64,000 nt of DNA from the human T2T-CHM13v2.0 reference genome, Homo sapiens, in NCBI RefSeq assembly GCF_009914755.1, contig NC_060937.1, one strand, 5' to 3'. This document shows positions 26,344-42,358 of the stretch, one piece after another (positions within the stretch are counted from its first letter, which is position 1; every line of letters starts with the position of its first letter). Under the pieces are notes generated by a model, which worked only from the letters and a program-made list of their open reading frames with translations, had not been told where the DNA came from and did no database searches. The position numbers were made by a program, and so were the translations under genes.

Positions 26344-29300
26344 GTGAGTGCCTTTCACTGCTTTCCCTTCCGCAGGTGTTGACTGCCTCGGGGCGGTCGT
26401 CGCGAGGTGACTGCAGCCCCAGTCACTCTGCACTTTAGCCTCCTTCGGCGACCCAGCCGACGTGAACAAGCTGGTTTGCTTGTGCACTTTTGGGGACTCT
26501 GCGGGTTCTGCCGCTCCTGCATCTTATGTCCCGCTTAGATTGGCGCTGCCCTAACCCCCGCCCCCCGACGGTGTCACTGGCTTCCTAGGGCAGAGGTGGG
26601 CGTTCGCCTGCCGGCATCGCGCGTCCCGGAGGAGCAGCGCAGTCCGCCCTGGCTCGCCCGGGGCGTCTCTGCGGGGCACAGCCCAGAGCGCGCGGTGCAG
26701 AGCTGGGCCAGGGCTCTCGGGTGCATTCCCTCGGGGTGCCTAGAAGTGGGGATGCTCACCTTATACCTGAGAAGCCAGTGTATTCAGTGTGGAGGGGGGG
26801 AGCGGAAAAGAAGGGTGGGTGGGAGGGCAGGTGGAGGAGGTAACACACCGAAGGCCCACCTGGAAGGATGATTTCTCTGGGGCCGCATCCAAGCCCAGGG
26901 GGTAGGGGCCGGGGCATGTGCTTTTTCATTTTCGGCTTTGATGAGACTGAGATCCTAGGATCATTCGCTGAAGAGCTGTTACCCTCCCAGCTGTGCCTCA
27001 CAGACAAGATCTTCCATTCCCTTCTTTCACCCTGAAAAAGAGCGGGTCTCTTCATTAACGCCTTGGGGCTACATTTATCTGTAGAAGGTTAACATCAGGA
27101 CTTATAGCCGTTATTCCACTGGACGCAAAAGATGACTTTTAAAACGAGGCAAAAGTCTTCCAAGCAGATGTGAATCAGGAACAACTGCTGAAAATTGAGG
27201 CGTGCACAAGCCCTGCAGTCATTTAGGAGTTATTGATGCCACGTGCTGGTTTAGTTAACATATTTAAAACTTCGAATTAGGCTTAAAGATTATTCCACGG
27301 AAAAAACTACATGTTTAAGAATTCCAAAGCGAACGATACTTGAAAATAATGTATTTTTCCTTAAAGAAATACATGTATGTGTGTGGAAAGAAAGAATAAA
27401 TTACATTTCTTACGCTAAATAAAGGAATGTGAAATGTGAGTAGCATTAACCACGGGACAGTAGGGAGGTCTAAGGAATGAGCTTTTAGTGTCTTTTTAGA
27501 TTGAAACTTTGAGCTGGTCTGAAGGTGACTTAGAAAGATGTGAAGGGAGGGGCATGGGAAGTTGAGAGAAGAATAAACGCTGTATTTTGAATTGAAATGA
27601 GAGTGGAAAAATTCCAGCAATATAGTTAAGAGAAATAACTTCCCTCATTCATAAACTTTGAAAAGCCAAGACTTCCAACTGTAATTTTCCATTAGCAGTG
27701 TGTGTTCTGCATAATTTTAGAAAACAAACTTGCCATTTTGTGTTTGAGTGTTGGGGATTGAAGGAGGGAGAAGGGGAGACGTGGGGACATGTTTTGGTCA
27801 TACATGGCTTCTGTGTGGAGTTTGCATCTGCGTGCTTTGTATTTGCTTCAGGAAACATGAATAGGAATGATTCCACACCCTTCCCTTTTTTTTTAGTATG
27901 CACATTTTGGAAAACGATGAATTCCTTTTTTGTCCCTGCTTGCTCATAATTATGTAGGTTTTCTCCAAGAAATTTGTATGTAATGAATGGGGGGAAAGTG
28001 TATTGTGATAAAAGATATCATTGCGCATATTACATGTGGTCTGTTTTCACTCTCATCGCAGTCTATGTAAAGGTGTTTATCAGCAATGATTTGGCACCTC
28101 TATAATGTATTTTGTTCATCGTTAGCAGAGAGCTGGATCTTCCTAAAGGTACTGTCATATCCTTTTAATATAGTTAATGAAATTAAAATTTTTTTTCATC
28201 CCACTTGGAACAAGGCAGTATGTTTGCCTTCATTGTGTATATATGAGTAATTTACATGTTCAGATACTTTTAGTATACTCTGGGCATTTGAAATGACCAC
28301 AGTGTGCTCACTGTTAGGGCTATTTTGTTTCTCCAGTGTCCACATCTATCTCTCTTGTCAGCTTTGCCTTTGCCACCAAAGCACATATTTTAAAATATTG
28401 TTCTTGCCAAAAGAAGCAGGATGAATGACTCTGTCATCATCACAACCTCTTTAAGAACCCCTAATCTGAAGATAAAAGGTTGATTCCAATGTGTATTTGT
28501 AAAGTATTCTTTCCCCTGCTTGCTGATAGTCTTGCTACATTTTGCCCTATTCCTTTACACATTACTGAAATATAGGAGGGTTTTTAAGTGTATATATTGT
28601 ATATGTATGTACATATATACATATGTATTATAATATATGTTCTATCTGTATTACATATATATTCGCAACTGCAGCTTTGAATACCCCAAAGTCAACTCCA
28701 ATAACCTTGTAAAGTTTTGAATGATGACTGGACTCCATGTCAGCATCTCCTTGTCATTTCCATTTTCTATCTGTGATTTTTAGTAGCTAATGTGTTATTC
28801 TCACAACCAAAGTTTATTTTTTAGAGTGGAGGAGGAAGAGTGAGGTAAGAGCTAGTGGTTATTATTCTGCCAATTATGATCACTTTATGAATCTTGTTTT
28901 TACTTATTTCAAATTGTACTTATATACTTGAGTATATATAAAAATTGGTGTGTCTACTCATGCTAATTTTGCAATTCAAAGCAAATGTAGGAAAGCTACC
29001 CTTTAAGATCGCTCAACATAATGATATTGGATTATTACATAGTTGGAAAGGCTGTTTGATACATTAATAATGTAGCAGGGCTGGTTTATGATTAAACACT
29101 GGTTTAAAACCAAGTAATGGTTTCAAGGCAAAGGCAGAGGAGAAGCTTGATTCTAGCAAGGCTACGCAGTGGCTGATGAAGTGGTGGAAAATACAGCCTG
29201 GACTCTAATTTTAGGCCTCTTCTGCAGTACCTTTTAATTTTCTATGCCTAATAGTTGCCTTTGTCTCTCTGTTGTGGGTCATCCGAAAGCCATGTGGTAA

Positions 29301-29727
29301 ACAGACAAAATACTAATGAGATTGAAACTGGGGTATGTAGCACTTTGCATTGGTTGGTCAGTTTTTTAGTCTGTAAGTTAATGTTGCTCTCTAGATTGAG
29401 GTTCAAATACAATAGTAATTTTTATGGCTGGAGCAGAACAGGCTAACTTAATTCACCACCTTTCTGCTCACCTGCCCTTCCTGTTATCTCTGGATTGGAT
29501 TTTTTCAGTATTGCTGTCACCCTGTAAGGGATGCCAACCTGAGCTCATTGCCAAGTCTGGCACTAGAATATGAGTCCTTCCTCACTTCTAATTGGTCTGT
29601 TTCTCCACCTGCCCCAAGTTTTATCCTTCGGGGATGTGCTGTTCACCACCTTTTAACTTTTTTGCCTTTGGTGCTAATGGAAGTATTTTTAGTAATTATA
29701 TATAATTTCAATCAACAGATATTAAGA

Positions 29728-29917
29728 CACTATGGTAAATATTTGTTAAAAATTGTAGTGTTACAAAGCAATTCTTATGCTAGCTGCTGCAGCTAAAATC
29801 ATTTTAAAGGGTTGCATGTGAAGGAATTGTACTGTGAGTCTTCCAATGATTTTAGCTGCAGCAGCTAGCATAAGAATTGCTTTGTAATACAATTTTTAAC
29901 AAAGATTTACCATAGTG
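29728..29917. repeat. Long inverted repeat (76/73-bp arms, 41-nt spacer)
   Basis: 29728-29803 is the reverse complement of 29845-29917 with one mismatch and one 3-nt indel. Confidence 0.95.
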
Positions 29918-29946
29918 ATTACAGGTGTGAGCCACCGCACCTGGCC
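29917..29946 (-). mobile_element. 30-nt Alu 5' stub
   Basis: GATTACAGGTGTGAGCCACCGCACCTGGCC is the reverse complement of the Alu 5' end, with no other Alu sequence adjacent. Confidence 0.85.
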
Positions 29947-31044
29947 TGGGCTCTGCTATTTAAATCCTGTAGGTCTCAGTTTTTTCCTCTTAATCTCCCC
30001 TGGTAGTTGTACCAGTTAAATGGATGCTGATGGTAGAGCAACAAATGCTCCCTAATCCATTGCTTGTGTTTCTCCTTGCACAGAATGCAGTTTTGTCACC
30101 TCCATGTTTTCGTATGAATGGAATACTTGTTATTCCTTGTAACCTAGTGAACACCTCTTCATTCTTCCATACTTGAGCTAAAATCAACCTTTATGTGAAG
30201 CCTTCCCAAAATCGCCAAACCTCCAGCCCCACCCATTCCTTTCTCTCCTGTCTTACATAAATCTCTCTTTTTGCATTGTGTGGTTCTATTCGTTTTTCTA
30301 TATTAGTCTATGAGCTAACTGAGGGCAGGAATCGTATCTTATTTATTGCTTGAGTGTTTGGCATGGTGCCTGCTAAATGCTTGTTGAATAAAAGTACAAA
30401 TAAAGTTATAGCTTTAACAACATTAAAAAATAGGATTTTAAGGACCAGAACTCATTTCTTCTTCCAGTAGAAACTTGCTTCAGTGTCTTAAGCTTTATTG
30501 GTTGCAGTTGTTTGGTTGGAACCTGCTACAGGATGTGTCTTCATCTGCATGCCAGTGTGTACTTGTTTATTTACTTAGCATTTCCTCTTCTGCCTCAACC
30601 CTCTTCCCGAGTCACCTTACTCTACTGCCGTCCACTTGATGATTTCCCTCATGGGGACTTACATTTAGTCATCTCAAAAATACCTACTATGTGCCTACTG
30701 TGTGCCAGAAACTTGACGGGTTTATAGATTCAGTCACCAAATTCTTAGCCCTTACCTGGACCTTCAAAGAGAGGCAGCCTCCATGAAAAGCAGATGTGCA
30801 GACAAACCCAGCAGTGCCATCAGGTACTGAAGTTCATCCGGTGCATCGTGATGGCATTGAGGAGGCAGCCTGAGTCCACCTGGTCAGTCAGGGCAAGCAC
30901 ACAGAGAAGGCAGCATTTGAGCCGAGGCTGCAGTGGGGTTAACCCATCTGCCCACTAGGCTGGAACATTTTGGCCTTTTTTAACTTGTCGTGTGTGAAAT
31001 CTTGAAGTTGCAGACAGCATAGCTTCCAGAAGTTGCTCAGAGTA

Positions 31045-31275
31045 ATTTATTCTTACTGAAGTACCTTACTGAGGTAACGTTTTACCTGCAGTGAAATGCA
31101 CTGATTTTAAGTATACCATTGTAGGAGTTTTGTCAGACCTATATGCCCAAGTCACCAGAACCCAATCAAGATACAGAATGCTTTTTATCACTCAAGAGAG
31201 TTCCTTCCAGAGAGCACATTAATCTCCATTTCTTTGGTAAGCATCCACTCTTTGATTTCTAGTACTATGGATTTC
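31045..31275 (-). mobile_element. Old L1M 3' fragment
   Basis: CAGTGAAATGCACTGATTTTAAGT...CCCAATCAAGATACAGAA. Confidence 0.65.
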
Positions 31276-31290
31276 TCAAGGTAGGTTTGA

Positions 31291-31648
<358 letters not shown>

Positions 31649-32010
31649 CCCATTTTTTTCTTTATGCAGTGTTTTATAATTTCTTGAACACAGCATCTTT
31701 ATATGGGAAATAAGAAAGGATCCTAGAAAAGAGAGGGGTGGCAAGAGATGAGGGAATTAATGAAGTCCTCTTGGGAAGGAACTGATTTACACAAATAGGA
31801 ACCAGGGCAGGAATGCCGTTAGAATAGCCTGACTCCAGGAAGTGTAAACAGATATGTCAAAGTATTTCCTGAGGAACTGGGAGGGTTCCAGTGCAGTGTC
31901 AATCATTCTGGATTCTTCCAACGTACTGATGCACTGAAAGCTAGAAATGGACTTCTTTCATAAAGTGAGGAAAAATACAAAGAACTTGTACCTTTAGTAA
32001 AACAGGGTGT

Positions 32011-32385
<375 letters not shown>

Positions 32386-33864
32386 TTATAAAGATACCCT
32401 CTAAAACCTTTGTGGCAGTTTGCAGAATGAGCAGGGGTTGAGGGCACCATTTTCTCCACATTCTGGCCCAAATTAGAAATTGTTATTTGTATTTTCCCTC
32501 TAAATGAACAGATGAAAGACATGTTGTCCTATTTTTTCTCAGATTATTAGTGATATTAAACATTTATGTAACAAATGACCCATTGGGTTTCCTCCAGTGA
32601 GGAAGGATGAAGCTGAGAAAAGGAGGGTTCTATTTCCTCTTAAGCCACAAAAGGTTCAATGAAGTCACAATTGGCCCTTGCGAAGAAGCCTTGAAACCTT
32701 GGTGTTTCTTAAGCCATTTGTAAAGCACAAATCCTTAAAACTTCTCCTAGGCTTAGAGAAAGAGGAATGGTGTCCTGGATTGGACCCCAGGGAGTATGCC
32801 GATTTATTCAATCTGTGTTGGTTCTTGTCTTTCGGTGCATTGCTCTAGCTCTCTTTCTCTCTGGATGCCGAGAGTGCTTTGGGTAGTGAGGGACTGCTGT
32901 TGAGACTAAACACTCCTTCACCTTCCCTCTTCCTGTTAAGACTGGTTCTCAACATACCAGCATTTGAGTTATAGAAACACACTAGCTTTGTGAATGCTAG
33001 TTAAGAAAAGCAAAGTGACATCAACATATTTGCCCAATCCTTTTAGTTTGGAAGAAATACACCTTGCAGGTGAACTCGTTCTTCTAGTTAGCATCTGCTG
33101 ATTGAGTTGTTTATGTTGTTCCTGTTCCCCAGAGTTCCTGACAGAATGTTCCCAAATACTTGTTGAATGAATGAATGTTTTGTGTCCAATAAAAAGGTTG
33201 GCCTATTTAATTGATGTTTCCAGATCTCCTTAAGCCTGTTAACTATCAAAAATGTGTTAGAGCCTGAGGAAATGAGGAATTATGCATACCTGTACTTAAC
33301 TCTTTAGTTTCAGAAGGTATTAAATAATTATTGGTTGTATATCTTTGAAAACATGTTTGATGTAGTCAAAGCTCTTAATAGGGATAATAGCTGTCATATA
33401 TGCACAACTTTGAAACAGAGGTTTAACACATTCAATCTGTGGCTTTGCTTAAAGAGATGGACAATAGCAAGTTCTACTCTGGTGAATTACAGCACAGTCC
33501 CATGAACAGCCTTTCCAAAGATTATGAAATACCCCAGTAGTATGCTCAAAGACTGGTTCTCATTACTGGGTACAGAATGCTCAGTTTGGTGCTTGAGTGC
33601 ATTTTTATGTTGGTATACAGCACCTGACCCTCTGTCTGTCTTCAAGCATAATGGGGATTGTCATGTAGGAGAGATTAGGAAATTTTTGTATGGATTCAGA
33701 GGGCAGAACTGGTAATAACTGGTCACAGTGAGACTTTTGACTCAGTATTCTGAAGATCTTTCTATGAATATAGCAGTGCCCTACACTACATGAGCTGACT
33801 TGAATAGCGAGTTACCTGCTAGTGAAGTGTTTTTTTTTTAAGAGAAGCTGAAAAAATGACAATA

Positions 33865-34090
33865 AAAGCAGCTAGTATTCTTGAATTTCTACCACATGCA
33901 TGACATGTGGCAAGTGCATTATACCCACATATCTTATAATGGACTATTCTTACTGAGGATGTTCTTTTCCAATGAGGGAAAAGAGGGGTGAGAGGTAAAA
34001 TAATTTACTCAAGGAAACACTAGAAGTAGTAAATGCTGGCTGAGGATCCGAATGCCCACAGCCTGCCATCTTAGTCATTATACTCTGCTG
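33865..34090 (-). mobile_element. MIR
   Basis: AATGAGGGAAAAGAGGGGTGAGAGGTAAAATAATTTACTCAAGG core-like. Confidence 0.6.
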
Positions 34091-34321
34091 CCTGGGAGTG
34101 GCGCTGGCCAGGTAGTTCATCATTGTTAAGGAATTAAGAATCAGAAAAGAATGGGCTCTCCGTCCTTGTTCCACCTAAAGCTGTAAGATTAGCTATTTTT
34201 TGTACATGACAAATCCTATACAACTTCCGCTCACCAGCACAAGTTATTTCTTGTGATGTTAGTGCCGTATTAGTACATGATCATCAAATATATGTAAGTT
34301 ACAGAATTGCCAACAGATATA

Positions 34322-34634
<313 letters not shown>

Positions 34635-35117
34635 TGAGCAATTGCCGACTTTAGGTTTATATATTTGAATGTATGTTAGTGATTGTTAATGTTCAATAAA
34701 CCATTTAAAGTGTTAAAAAAGGAAACATTTTAATATAACATTGAGTTATACTTTGAGCTAGAATAGGAAATAGATATCTAAGTAGTTTCTTCTATAATTT
34801 ATAAAAGTATCATCTTCTCTCATGTGACCTACATTTCTGTAGTTCGTGCATACCAGAAATTGTACAGATGGTTATTGTATAGTGCTTCAAAAATACATGT
34901 CATGTTTTTGATTAGGATACTTTTTAGTTAGTGTTTTAGGCTTGTTAGTACCAAAGCTGGGACCCTGATAAAATTTTTTTGCCTCCTTGACTAGATTGAA
35001 ATTTGATCTAGATGTGTGAACAGGGAAAGAAATATCTGAGTTATTTTGTTATACCACCATTTCATAACATTCAAAGGAAGGGAGGTCATTGCCAGTCTCA
35101 TTATAAACTTTCATTCT

Positions 35118-35237
35118 GGCTTGACCCAGAAGTTTGAGGCTGCGGTGAGCTATGATTGTACCACTGCACTCTAGCCTGTATGACAGAGCGAGACCCTATC
35201 TCAAAAATAAATAAATAAATAAAATTAAATAAATAAA
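35118..35237 (+). mobile_element. Alu right-arm fragment
   Basis: GAGGCTGCGGTGAGCTATGATTGTACCACTGCACTCTAGCCTG plus a (TAAA)n tail. Confidence 0.9.
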
Positions 35238-35489
35238 GGAAGTTCATTGTGGAATTAGTTTTTCTCATGAGATTTAATGTTTTAATGTTTTTCATTTTAC
35301 ATGAAGAAGGGGACAATAAGCAAACGTATTGCCTCTGGACCAGTATCAAATGCATTTGGAATTTACCCTGTGTTATGAAGAAAATATTGTCAGTCTATCA
35401 AAAGCATCAGATAGAGTTGGTGATGACTTCCTTCTCAAACCCTTCATTGCCCTCTAGGTTTTTCTTCCATTTCACTTGGTGTTTCTAAT

Positions 35490-36930
<1,441 letters not shown>

Positions 36931-37624
36931 AAATACCTTTTAATTCTTTATACTTGAAATCTTTTTAGCCCTGTGACATGACTAACTTCTTGGTTATGCT
37001 TCACTCAACAAGAGATGTTGGTTTTGTTGTATTAGTTGGGTTTTCCCCTGCTTTTTCAAGTTCTGTTCTAGACTGAGCAAGTTTTGAACATGTTTTTTTG
37101 AAAAAAGCAACTTTAAACCATGCCAAATTTACTTTATTTAACCAATTCTAAAGAAGCCTGAAAGTAAGCAAGTATCATAAAAGAAAGTCCAAGCAAATTT
37201 GAAGATGAGCCTTTTCAGCTGAATACCCTGTGCCAGGGGATAATACATCATCATGAAACTTTGGGGTGTTATTCATGAAAAAGATTTCACAACTCACTGA
37301 TTGAGTTGTGTCCTGCAGTTTGAGCATGGTCTGTATTCATAATTGGAGACAGAGAAGCAGAAAATAGCTTTACCCTGTTTAGAAATAAAAAAAAATAGAA
37401 ACTTTATTGAGAACAGGAAAGTTTCTATCATCTGCTTCAACTTAAACATCAGAGGCCCATCTCATGCTTTGAAAGGGTTGCACTTTATACCAGTTTTTTA
37501 ATGGAATTATTCTGAAATGGCACACAAAACTGAGGGTGGAGGCTTTCAAAAGGATTTTGTTCAGAAGTGAAGGGAAAAGGGAAGCTGAAGCTCCTGATCT
37601 GATTTTGTCCAAACTGATTTTCTC

Positions 37625-37626
37625 TT

Positions 37627-37660
<34 letters not shown>

Positions 37661-37943
37661 TTTTTGAGACAGGGTCTCCACCCAGGCTGGAGTATAGTGG
37701 TGCAGCAATCATAGCTGACTACAGGCTTGAATTCCTGGGCTCAACTGATCCTCCTGTCTGAGCCTCCTGAGTAGCTGGGGCTATCGGTGCACCACCACAC
37801 TTTGTTAATTTTTAAAATTTTTTTGTAGAGACAGGGTCTTGCCATGTTGCCTAGGATGGTCTTGAACTCCTGGCCTTCAGCGATCCTCCCACTTTGGTGT
37901 CTGAAAGTGTTGGGATTGCAGGCGTGGGCCACTGCTCCCAGCC
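37625..37943 (-). mobile_element. AluJ
   Basis: Alu consensus in reverse with a long poly-T. Confidence 0.93.
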
Positions 37944-39689
37944 TAACTTGTTTTTTATGATTGTTTCTAGCTGTTACTTGAATTAAAAGGTATTATTATT
38001 TTTAAAAATCATTTTATATAATATATGTATTTTTGCAGATGAGAAAAGAGAGGTTCAGAGAAGTTAAGTTTCTTCCCAACACCATGCAGCTGAAGCCGGC
38101 AGGCCCAGTATTTGAACTTAGATCTGTCTCATAGAAAAATCAAGCTCTCAACCCCTTCATTCATCTTCCTCTGTTTCTCACCCTCCCTTACATAGCCCTG
38201 CCTGTTGTTTGGCATGTACACATCCTGTTGTGCTATTGGCTGTTCCATATATCTGCCTCCGTCTTACTCATTTTCTTGTTTCACAATGTTAAAAAGCATA
38301 GAAAAGTGATTGGACTTAATATGGCATGTAGTGTAAATTCACACGGAAGTGTAAGTAGATACTATTAAATAACTTTCTTGTGTTGGGATGGGACAGGGCC
38401 TTAGAGACAGTGTGTGTGGTGAGGAAGGGAACAATAGAGCACTTGTCAATCTATCAAAAGCATCAGAAAGAGATGGTGATAACTTCCCTCTCAAAACATT
38501 TCCTTCATTGCCCTCTGGGTTTTTCTCCTGTTTTACTTGGTGTGAAGTACCTTCTGGGTACTTGTCCTGTCAGGGAGGAAACAGCTATGGGGCAGCATAG
38601 GAATAAGTGCAGACATGGTGGACAGCAAAGCTACAGGAAGCTTGAGAATGGGAAAAGCATTTGGGAACTATTAGAGAAGGTCCTTCTTGACCTGAATCAG
38701 AAAGTTGATGCGTGGGAGGTAACATGGAAGTCTTTCAAGTTGGGTAGGGGTGGTGTGGGCATGAGCAAGGATTCGTTGAATTGTTCTGTGGGCAGGACAG
38801 TGAAGCTAGTAGTCTACTTAGTATGGAAGGTGCTGATCTGAAGGTAGTAAGAATTACAAGACCTAAGACCAAATACTGGATATCGATTTTGATTTTTTAA
38901 AAATGTCCCATCAGATGATGTTAGAATCTGTTTTACAGAATGGGTCAGTGGAGGGGAATGACCATATTGCATATCAGAGGATTAAGGATTGAACTTTGGA
39001 AAATGTCTTCTGTTAGGAGGACAGGAAGAGAAAGGGGCGGTGATGGTCAAAAAGCTAGTAGAAAACTAGGAATGTGTTAGAGATCTTAAGGGAAGCACTG
39101 ATTTTATGAAAGATAAGTAGAGAGAGTAGGATTATGAATAGTGTTCCGGACTAGAAGTGATCAAGGGAAAAGAAAATGGGAGTAAGACCATTAAACTTGG
39201 CAACAGAGTAATCTATCACGTGTTGAAAGTATAGATTTGTTGAAAGTATAGATTTGGAGTGTTGGTGTGGGAGCCAAACCAAGCTTGGTAAAGTTTTAGT
39301 GTAGAGGGGCAGGTACTCCATGAAGGAAGAGGTCAGAAGAGCTATCCAAGAAATCAACATTCTCTCAAAGATGCTATTTATTTGTATTTACAAAATCATT
39401 CCCTACTGTCAGCTTACCTACCTTCTTGGATACATATTAGAGGTAGAAGCCCTTAATATCTAAGGAAATTATATTCTGAGACAACCAATCTGAAAGACTC
39501 ATTATCATCTGCTATATAAAATACTAAAGTTGATGTACACTGCTCTGTTTTAGAAACACTTGATCCACTGAAGATTGTTTGGGGAGGTCACTTCAGTATT
39601 CTTCTGAGATTATTTCTCCTTTCAAAATAGGGGAAAATATCTCTTATGTCCCCAGGGTTTTAGTTCACAATACTTTAGTGGAGATATTT

Positions 39690-40123
39690 TGTTTTTAAAA
39701 TTTTATGTTTTTTGTAGAGATGGGGTTTTACCATGTTGCCCAGGCTGGTCTCAAGTAGTCCTCCCACTTTGGCCTCCCAAAGTGCTGGGGTTACAGGCAT
39801 GAACTACTGTGCCTGGCCACATTTTTTTCTTTTTCTTTTTTTTTGAGATGGAGTCTCGCTCTGTCGCCAGGTTGGAGTGCAGTGGCGTGAGCTAGGCTCA
39901 CTGCAACCTCCACCTCTTGGGTTCAAGCGATTCTCCTGCCTCAGCCTCCTGAGTAGCTGGGACTACAGGTGCACGCTACCATGCCTAGCTAATTTTTGTA
40001 TTTTTAGTAGAGACAGGGTTTCACCATGTTGGCCAGGATGGTCTTGATCTCTTGACCTCAAGATCTGCCCGCCTCAGCCTCCCAAAGTGCTGGGATTACA
40101 GGCGTGAGTCATTGTACCTGGCC
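39690..40123 (-). mobile_element. Alu left monomer (39690-39818) plus full AluS (39822-40123)
   Basis: Alu consensus in reverse. Confidence 0.9.
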
Positions 40124-40934
40124 CGTTTTTTTTTCTTAATGATACTTCATCCTGCTCTCCCCAGAGATCCTTGTGCTCATGTTTGCACTTCTTTGCTATT
40201 CTTTCTTGTCAGTGGATTTCTAATAAAATCTAAGGCTAGTTGACTTGACTGAAATGTTTTATATTGAAGGAAAAAAATTTCCTGTGTATTGCACTGTCGA
40301 AAACATGGTCATATGTTCTTGGACTCAATTCCCTTACTTTTAGCTACTATCTATGTGAATTTTCAGATTAGAATTGGTTTATAGATTGCATGTATTAAGT
40401 TTCTTCTTTTCAAATAAATTGATTTTTTTGTCTCTATACAGTAATGTTTATGGCTTTGTCTCAGCTATTAATTGTTCTTTATGTACTTTTCTTTCTTTAA
40501 ATTACTTTTTGTATTTTTCCTGTATGTCTTTGGGTCATCTTACTAATTTAGGTCTTCTGCTGTATTTAGTTTGGAGGAGTCAACTTTAAGATCTTTCCAA
40601 GAAGAACATTTTCTGATGTCTTATTAAAAATGAGCCCAATGAGCTATTTTAGAAAAGAAAAGCTTTTATAGTTTCCATGAAGAAAAGAAATGCATTTTGT
40701 TTTATTCGAAGGATAAAATTTATAAAACTGCCTGTTTTAAAGCCAATTTGCAAACATTTTTAGACTTGGAAAATGCTTGTAAGTCTTGAAAGGTATAACT
40801 TGCCAAATAGCTGATACTTTTGAAGTTTGGCCTTAGTTCTGGTAAAAGAATGTGGTTGACAGCCACACTACAATTTACAGTAATGCTTTTTATGTAAGGA
40901 AATTAATGTACTTGGCTTAATAAATTCCAGATGA

Positions 40935-41336
<402 letters not shown>

Positions 41337-42308
41337 TAGTTACAGCAACCATATCTGTACTTGTACTTCGTAGAACTGAAACACTTTTGGGGAAAATGGC
41401 TTTTTTGGTGGGTCATTTTGCGGTACAAGCTTATGATGTGGCCAGTGCCTCCACATTTGACCTTGTCTGGGACTAAAAGATGTCAAGCATCCTCTGCTTG
41501 TGGCTAGTCCAGGTCTTAAAGGAGATCAAGTTCAAGACCCTTATGGAAGTTCTGGCAGTGCCATAAAGGATAACTTTCTTGAAAGCCCACCTAAATATTT
41601 CTACTTACTTGTCATTGGTTACCCTATCTGTAAGGGAGTCTAAAAAAAGTTTTTAGCAGAGTGTGTCACTGCCTCCAACAATATGGGTCATCTATTACGA
41701 AGGAAGAAGAGATTGATAATGTTCAATTGTATCTGCCACATTTACTTTCTGACTGTTCCCTTTTCATAGTATTTTGCTTTTTTATGATTGCAATATATTG
41801 TTTTAGCTCCCTGAGGATATTATAATATTATAGTTTTTTTTTTCTTCCTGAATTGTCTCTGTTTCTTCCAAGTTCCTTTAATTTTCCCTTTTGGCTTCGG
41901 TCTCTTTTAAGTTGGAAACTTCTTTTAAACTTCTGGTAGATCCTTGTCCAACTGCTTTCTGGATTCTCAACCAATCTCTATATCTAGCCATGTTCCTTAC
42001 TACCTTTCCCTACCCATAGGACCTGTTGCCCCTAGATGCTGAGAATTTTCCAAGGAAACTTGCATGCTTTGCTACTTAGTGTCCCTTTGCAGGTCTTGAA
42101 GTTTAAACTTCCTTCATTCTCTGCAGTCAGGTACCAGTCCTCCATCTACTTTCCATCTTCCAAAAGTTTGTGCAATGTTTTCTTCTACTGTTTTCTCTTT
42201 TCTGAGTCTCTTTGCTCTTGTGGGTTATTGACTTAAATTCATGCTGCCACTTTGGGAGGCAGTAAAGACAGAAATGCATAGCCAGTTCATTGTGTTTAAC
42301 CACAAGTT

Positions 42309-42310
<2 letters not shown>

Positions 42311-42356
<46 letters not shown>
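42311..42356. repeat. (GT)n microsatellite
   Basis: About 23 uninterrupted GT units. Confidence 0.98.

Positions 42357-42358
<2 letters not shown>

Larger units (their letters stand above)
25015..26750. promoter_or_regulatory. LMO7: CpG island / proximal, probably bidirectional, LMO7 promoter
   Basis: Very high GC and CpG density against an AT-rich background. Multiple GC boxes (CCCGCCCCGCCCC ~25045, GGGGCGGGG ~25413 and ~25894). Contains the coding first exon. Confidence 0.92.

Noticed and set aside
28590-28662. (TA/TG)-rich quasi-palindromic tract
   Set aside because: Degenerate low-complexity microsatellite whose self-complementarity is trivial
38380-38841. 153-aa plus-strand ORF
   Set aside because: Non-ATG start, spans the duplicated segment and L2-like DNA, and has no homology I recognise
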